A stretch of 23,022 nucleotides of DNA from a virus (taxonomy: Duplodnaviria > Heunggongvirae > Uroviricota > Caudoviricetes). Each line of letters opens with the position of its first letter. The stretch's first letter is position 1. A model generated the notes under the pieces. It was given only the letters and a program-made list of their open reading frames with translations. It had not been told where the DNA came from and searched no databases. The translations under genes and the position numbers were made by a program. Below are positions 18,846 to 23,022 of this stretch, piece after piece. The DNA lies in the IMG/VR virus record IMGVR_UViG_2671180821_000008, positions 1 through 23,022 of that record, one strand, 5' to 3'.

Positions 18846-19202
18846 ATGGAAATAAAACCAGAAGATGAGTTAAGCAATATCGTTTTATTTCCGGTAAAAG
18901 AGGATGACCCTCGTAATCAGGTTAATTTTCTTTATGAGCCATCGGAAAGACCATATTGCCATCACGCCTCTGTACGGGTTGACGAAAAAGAGCGTCAGGT
19001 CCGCTGTAAAATCTGCGGTGCGGTTGTGGAGCCGTTTGACTGGATGCTCTCTGTGGCAAAAAGAGAAACCAGACTGGCAGATGATGTAAGGCTATTGCGC
19101 CAGGAGGAACAGGAAAGGCGGAGAAATATAGAAAAGCTGATACAGATTGAGCGTAACGCGAAAGCGCGGATACGCAGGGCGACAAAATCCAGAACTGAAT
19201 AA
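18846..19202 (+). CDS. hypothetical phage protein with zinc-ribbon-like motif and basic coiled-coil tail
   Basis: AAGGAGAGG SD before ATG 18846 (the ORF frame is open from 18789); C-HH...C-KIC cysteine/histidine cluster; C-terminal RLLRQEEQERRRNIEKLIQIERNAKARIRR. Confidence 0.45.
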   Translation: MEIKPEDELSNIVLFPVKEDDPRNQVNFLYEPSERPYCHHASVRVDEKERQVRCKICGAVVEPFDWMLSVAKRETRLADDVRLLRQEEQERRRNIEKLIQIERNAKARIRRATKSRTE

Positions 19203-19349
19203 TTAAATTTAGCACTGTTAAAAATTTAATCCTTAACCGGAGGGATTTCTGCACCCTCAAATCATCAGGAGACCACCCGAAAGGGCGGGGAGCAGTCACA
19301 CATCTGTTTCCGATAGCCCCGTTCTAATGCTACACTCTTTGATATTTTT

Positions 19350-20036
19350 ATGACCCCAATAAACATATTTATGACAGTTGCTGATTTCAAACGGCCCAAA
19401 TTGGAGCTCCCAAACGGGGCAAACAAACTACTACTGCACTCTTGCTGTGCTCCATGTTCCGGTGAGGTGATGGAGGCGCTTCAGGCCTCGGGAATCGACT
19501 ACACCATCTTTTTCTACAACCCGAACATTCATCCTCAGAAAGAGTATTTAATTCGTAAGGATGAGAATATTCGCTTTGCTGAACAACACGGCGTGCCGTT
19601 TATTGATGCTGATTACGACACAGACAACTGGTTTGAACGAGCCAAAGGAATGGAATGGGAGCCCGAACGAGGGATCCGTTGCACCATGTGTTTTGACATG
19701 CGTTTTGAGCGGACAGCGCTGTACGCCGCTGAAAATGGTTTCAGTGTGATCAGCAGTTCACTGGGCATTTCACGCTGGAAAAATATGCAGCAGGTTAACG
19801 ACTGTGGGCGGCGAGCCGTCGCGCATTATCCGGGCATGGTGTACTGGGATTATAACTGGCGCAAGCAGGGCGGCTCGTCCCGTATGATTGAAATCAGCAA
19901 GCGCGAAAAATTCTATCAGCAGGAATATTGTGGCTGTGTGTATTCTCTGCGCGATACCAATCTACACCGCAAATCTCAGGGACGCCCTCTTATCAAAATT
20001 GGTCAACTCCACTACGGTAAAGAAGAGAAGGAGTGA
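19350..20036 (+). CDS. queH: QueH-like epoxyqueuosine reductase (DUF208 family)
   Basis: Motifs [40 protein letters not shown] and C-terminal EYCGCVYS match the QueH/DUF208 signature as I recall it; start codon uncertain (19350 or 19371). Confidence 0.6.
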   Translation: MTPINIFMTVADFKRPKLELPNGANKLLLHSCCAPCSGEVMEALQASGIDYTIFFYNPNIHPQKEYLIRKDENIRFAEQHGVPFIDADYDTDNWFERAKGMEWEPERGIRCTMCFDMRFERTALYAAENGFSVISSSLGISRWKNMQQVNDCGRRAVAHYPGMVYWDYNWRKQGGSSRMIEISKREKFYQQEYCGCVYSLRDTNLHRKSQGRPLIKIGQLHYGKEEKE

Positions 20037-20221
20037 TTTTATGGGGCACCTTTCTGATTGATTTCATATTGGCGAGGTAAGTAGAATGACTGCGGGTGCT
20101 TGAGGCTATCTGCTTCAGGCATGAACACCAAAAGGCAGATAGAGAAAAGCCCCAGTTAACATTACGCGTCCGGCAAGACGCTTAACATTAATCTGAGGCC
20201 AATTTCATGCTTTGCACATGT

Positions 20222-20250
20222 AGGTTAGCCTCTTACATGCCGAAAGGCAA
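20222..20250 (-). promoter_or_regulatory. candidate antisense (sok-like) promoter opposite the hok leader
   Basis: On the minus strand: -35 TTGCCT (20250..20245), 17-nt spacer, -10 TAACCT (20227..20222); its transcript would cover the upstream in-frame ATG at 20207. Confidence 0.3.
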
Positions 20251-20263
20251 GGAGAAGCAGGCT

Positions 20264-20419
20264 ATGAAGCAGCAAAAGGCGATGTTAATCGCCCTGATCG
20301 TCATCTGTTTAACCGTCATAGTGACGGCACTGGTAACGAGGAAAGACCTCTGTGAGGTACGAATCCGAACCGGCCAGACGGAGGTCGCTGTCTTCGTAGA
20401 CTACGAATCCAGGAAGTAA
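20264..20419 (+). CDS. hokD: Hok/Gef-family membrane toxin (HokD/RelF-like)
   Basis: 51 aa MKQQKAMLIALIVICLTVIVTALVTRKDLCEVRIRTGQTEVAVF..., near-identical to HokD as recalled; AGGAGA SD. Confidence 0.85.
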   Translation: MKQQKAMLIALIVICLTVIVTALVTRKDLCEVRIRTGQTEVAVFVDYESRK

Positions 20420-20496
20420 GAGTGACCGGGCGGGGAGCTGATCCCATCCCCGCCCACCTCTGATGTGTCAGGCATCCTCAACGCACCCGCACTTAA

Positions 20497-20539
20497 CCCG
20501 CCCATCGCTGTGATCTCTCAGCGTTTCGGCGGGTTTTTT
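20497..20539 (+). terminator. rho-independent terminator downstream of hok
   Basis: Stem CCCGCC (20497-20502) / GGCGGG (20528-20533) with inner GCTG/CAGC helix, followed by TTTTTT (20534-20539). Confidence 0.5.
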
Positions 20540-20559
20540 GTTGTTTATTTCCGGTGAAT

Positions 20560-20587
20560 TTGATTCGCGCACCTTCGCAGATAGAAT
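20560..20587 (+). promoter_or_regulatory. candidate sigma70 promoter (TTGATT, 16-bp spacer, TAGAAT)
   Basis: Near-consensus hexamers at 20560-20565 and 20582-20587, upstream of a 14-codon uORF and the 95-aa ORF. Confidence 0.4.
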
Positions 20588-20668
20588 CGACTCACTTAAG
20601 TAGCGCGCAGGGAGAAGAGGGATGGACCCCGAACAGGGGAGAGCTATTTATCTGGAAGGATTCTGAAG

Positions 20669-20956
20669 ATGAAAATCGAAGAATTGCGTGAAATTTTTAG
20701 TGAAAATGGCCTCTATGCTGTGCGCGTTGAGAATGGAGCGATTGTCAGCCATTGCCGCATTAGATGTTTGCAATCTCAACAAAGGAAGAGCGGTGCTGTG
20801 TTATTTTATTTTTGTAATGGACTTCTGACGGACGGTTTTATTTTGCGTGAGGACGAATTTGTCACATCATTACGGGTTTTGAAAGAGATTGGTTTTAAGG
20901 CTGGTTTTCTGCTTTTGCTGAAGAATAAACTCATCTACAATCTTGAGCAGGATTGA
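20669..20956 (+). CDS. hypothetical protein (position corresponds to rem of Qin-like prophages)
   Basis: 95-aa ORF with GGAAGGA SD; preceded by uORF 20622-20666 (MDPEQGRAIYLEGF) ending 2 nt before its ATG; no recognisable motif. Confidence 0.4.
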   Translation: MKIEELREIFSENGLYAVRVENGAIVSHCRIRCLQSQQRKSGAVLFYFCNGLLTDGFILREDEFVTSLRVLKEIGFKAGFLLLLKNKLIYNLEQD

Positions 20957-20994
20957 ACTCCTGCTGTGTAACACCGTGCCACCGGAGAAAGCCG

Positions 20995-21301
20995 ATGGCA
21001 CATATACAACTGGTCAAACAAACCTCTTCCGGATTACTTCTCCCGGCGACGCCGGAGAGTTGCGATTTTCTGCATCAAATCAAAATAGGTGAGTGGATAC
21101 ACGCAGACTTTAAGCGTGTGTGTAACTACGCATTCCACAAGCGTTTTTTCAAACTCCTGCAACTGGGTTTCGATTACTGGACTCCGGTCGGTGGGGCGAT
21201 CACGCCTCGCGAACGAAAACTGGTGTCCGGTTTCGTTGATTACCTGTGTGAATCAGTAGGCCGGGAACATACGCCAGCTCTGAGCGAAGCCGCAGAGCAA
21301 T
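20995..21301 (+). pseudogene. hypothetical nin-region protein, 3' end truncated by IS600
   Basis: GGAGAAAG SD before ATG 20995; MAHIQLVKQTSSGLLLPATPESCDFLHQIKIGEWIHADFKRVCNYAFHKRFF...; reading frame runs straight into the IS600 end at 21302. Confidence 0.45.
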
Positions 21302-21344
21302 TGAGGTGTACTGGCAATAGCGGACACTACCATTTGTTCTTTTT

Positions 21345-22163
21345 TTAAGCAGCCATCTGATGATATTTTTCCCTGAAGGCTGCCGGGGAGATATTCCCCA
21401 GACGAGAGTGACGACGCTGACGATTGTAGAAAATCTCAATGTATTCCCGTATTACTGAGATGGCTTCATCCCGGTTATTAAAACGATAGTGGCTCAGGCT
21501 CTCATTTTTCAGCGTTCCCCAGAAGCTTTCCATCGGAGCGTTGTCGTAACAGTTACCTTTACGCGACATTGATGTTTTCAGACCAGACTGCTCCTGTATG
21601 ACCCGGTAATCGTATGCGCAGTACTGTGAACCTCGATCAGAGTGGTGGATTAGCCCGGCAGGTGGGCGCTGGCTCCTGAGCGCCATAAACAGGGCTTTAC
21701 CTGTCAGCTCTTTTGTCATGCGCTCTCCCATGGCGTAGCCGACAATTTCGCACGTATAAACATCTTTGATGCCAGCGAGGTACAACCATCCCTCCTGTGT
21801 GGCAACATACGTCAGGTCCGCCACCCAGACCTGATTTGGTGCTGTAGGAGCGAACGTCTGGTTCAGCAGATTTGGCGCAACTGGCAGATTGTGGTTCGAG
21901 TTCGTAGTCGCTCTGAACTTGCGTTTCTGCTTACAGCGTAGCCTTAGCTCCTTACGAAGACGTGCCAGTCGGTCACGACCAACGATGATGCCATTCTCTG
22001 CCAGCTCCGTCTGGAGCCGCCGGGTTCCATATGTTTCGCGAGTGCGGATATGTGCCACCTTAATCTCCAGTTTTAGCCGCTCATCACTTTGTTTTCTGTC
22101 TGAGGGTTCATGCTGTACCCAGTTGTAATAACCGCTCCTGGATACACCAAATACCTGACACAT
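21345..22163 (-). CDS. insK: IS600 OrfB (DDE transposase domain)
   Basis: 272-aa ORF identical in translation to the 15701-16519 copy. Confidence 0.88.
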   Translation of the reverse strand: MCQVFGVSRSGYYNWVQHEPSDRKQSDERLKLEIKVAHIRTRETYGTRRLQTELAENGIIVGRDRLARLRKELRLRCKQKRKFRATTNSNHNLPVAPNLLNQTFAPTAPNQVWVADLTYVATQEGWLYLAGIKDVYTCEIVGYAMGERMTKELTGKALFMALRSQRPPAGLIHHSDRGSQYCAYDYRVIQEQSGLKTSMSRKGNCYDNAPMESFWGTLKNESLSHYRFNNRDEAISVIREYIEIFYNRQRRHSRLGNISPAAFREKYHQMAA

Positions 22164-22198
22164 CGCTTCAATGGGAAATTGTTGTCGCCATTGTTCGA

Positions 22199-22501
22199 TT
22201 AACGCGTATTTTTCAGCGACTCCTGTGCAAAATACGCTGTTGCTTTTTTTAATATATCTCGCTCAAGGCGAGCTTCATTTAACGCCTTACGCAGTTGCAG
22301 AATTTCAGATTCCAGTTCAGCCACCGTGCGGGAACCAGGAGTACCGAGCCCTTTTCTGGCGGCGGTAACCCATTGTCCTAAAGTGCCTTCAGGAAGAGAT
22401 AATCGGGAAGCGCCTTCACTGATCGAAAGTTGATTTTCAGGAACCGTTCTGACAGCTTCGGCTTTGAACTCTTTAGAGTAACGTTGGGTTTTTCTGCTCA
22501 T
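22199..22501 (-). CDS. insJ: IS600 OrfA (L20P variant)
   Basis: 100-aa ORF MSRKTQRYSKEFKAEAVRTVPENQLS... Confidence 0.88.
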   Translation of the reverse strand: MSRKTQRYSKEFKAEAVRTVPENQLSISEGASRLSLPEGTLGQWVTAARKGLGTPGSRTVAELESEILQLRKALNEARLERDILKKATAYFAQESLKNTR

Positions 22502-22566
22502 TATTAGCTCCTTCTGATGCCATTCTATTTCAGGAAGGAGTGTCCGTTAAACTCAGGCTACCTCAG

Positions 22567-23022
22567 TTCGGCCTTTGCATGGATCTTGCACTGGTAACAG
22601 GACAGCGCGAAGGAGATCTGGCGGCTATGAGATGGGAGGATATAAGAGATGGCAGGCTATACGTGGAACAACAAAAAACAGGGGCAAAAATTCGCATTTC
22701 TCTCCCCACCACGATTTCCAGATTGAATTTAACACTTGCCGATGTACTGGATAACTTGAAAAAAATAAACGGTAAAAACGAAAAGTTACTCGGAGGGAAG
22801 ACAGCCAGGACAATCGCAGCACAGTTCAGGATTGCCCGAGACACATCCGGATTGAAATGGGAAGGTGACCCACCGCCATTTCATGAAATCCGAAGTTTAT
22901 CCGGTCGCCTGCACTCAGCAGAAAAAGGCGGTGATTTCACTCAGGCGCTCCTTGGACATCGTTCATCCAGCATGACGGATAAATACCGTGACGGACGAGG
23001 GAGGGAATGGAAAGACATTTAA
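22567..23022 (+). pseudogene. int: lambda-type tyrosine integrase, C-terminal catalytic fragment only
   Basis: ...LALVTGQREGDL...LYVEQQKTGAKIRI...GDPPPFHEIRSLSGRL...LLGHRSSSMTDKYRDGRGREWKDI-stop parallels the lambda Int C-terminus (R-H-R-H-Y catalytic positions present); N-terminal two thirds absent, frame enters from the IS600 end. Confidence 0.8.

Larger units (their letters stand above)
21302..22565 (-). mobile_element. IS600 (IS3 family), complete 1264 bp, no target duplication
   Basis: Same ends as the copy at 15658-16921; differs by at least two substitutions (21776 region, and 22439 giving OrfA L20P); flanks AAT / GTT do not match. Confidence 0.93.

Noticed and set aside
20207-20263. 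In-frame upstream ATG extending Hok by 19 codons
   Set aside because: The ATG at 20264 has the strong SD and gives the canonical 51-aa Hok; the upstream codons are more likely leader/regulatory sequence.

Overview
This window is a heavily decayed lambdoid (Rac/Qin-like) cryptic prophage from an Escherichia/Shigella-type genome, riddled with insertion sequences; no single novel system is proven, but several candidates are flagged. From left to right: an IS1 copy (1-753); a minus-strand head-packaging module (structural protein, protease/scaffold-like protein, Mu F/SPP1 gp7-like head protein, portal, PBSX-type large terminase, small terminase); an AT-rich plus-strand YqaA/DedA-like membrane moron; a phage-21-type lysis cassette (Rz/Rz1, SAR endolysin, pinholin S) whose holin 3' end is cut by IS2; a GC-rich IS110-family element where the Q antiterminator and late promoter would be expected; an AT-rich non-coding island; IS911 abutting a truncated IS600; a DicA/DicC-type immunity switch with ydfA-, ydaT-, ydaU- and DnaC-like early genes (ydaU-like gene split by a second IS600); a QueH-like epoxyqueuosine reductase; a hok toxin locus; and a third IS600 fusing a truncated gene to the C-terminal catalytic part of a lambda-type integrase at the window end. 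Inactivating lesions are frequent: two in-frame amber codons in the portal gene, frameshifts in the ydaT- and ydaU-like genes, and an IS-truncated holin, integrase and nin-region gene. The early-region block is inverted relative to the late genes and integrase, with IS600 copies at both junctions. I found no CRISPR array, tRNA or rRNA. All functional calls are from reading the translations and motifs; no database search was run, and family names recalled from memory are flagged as such.
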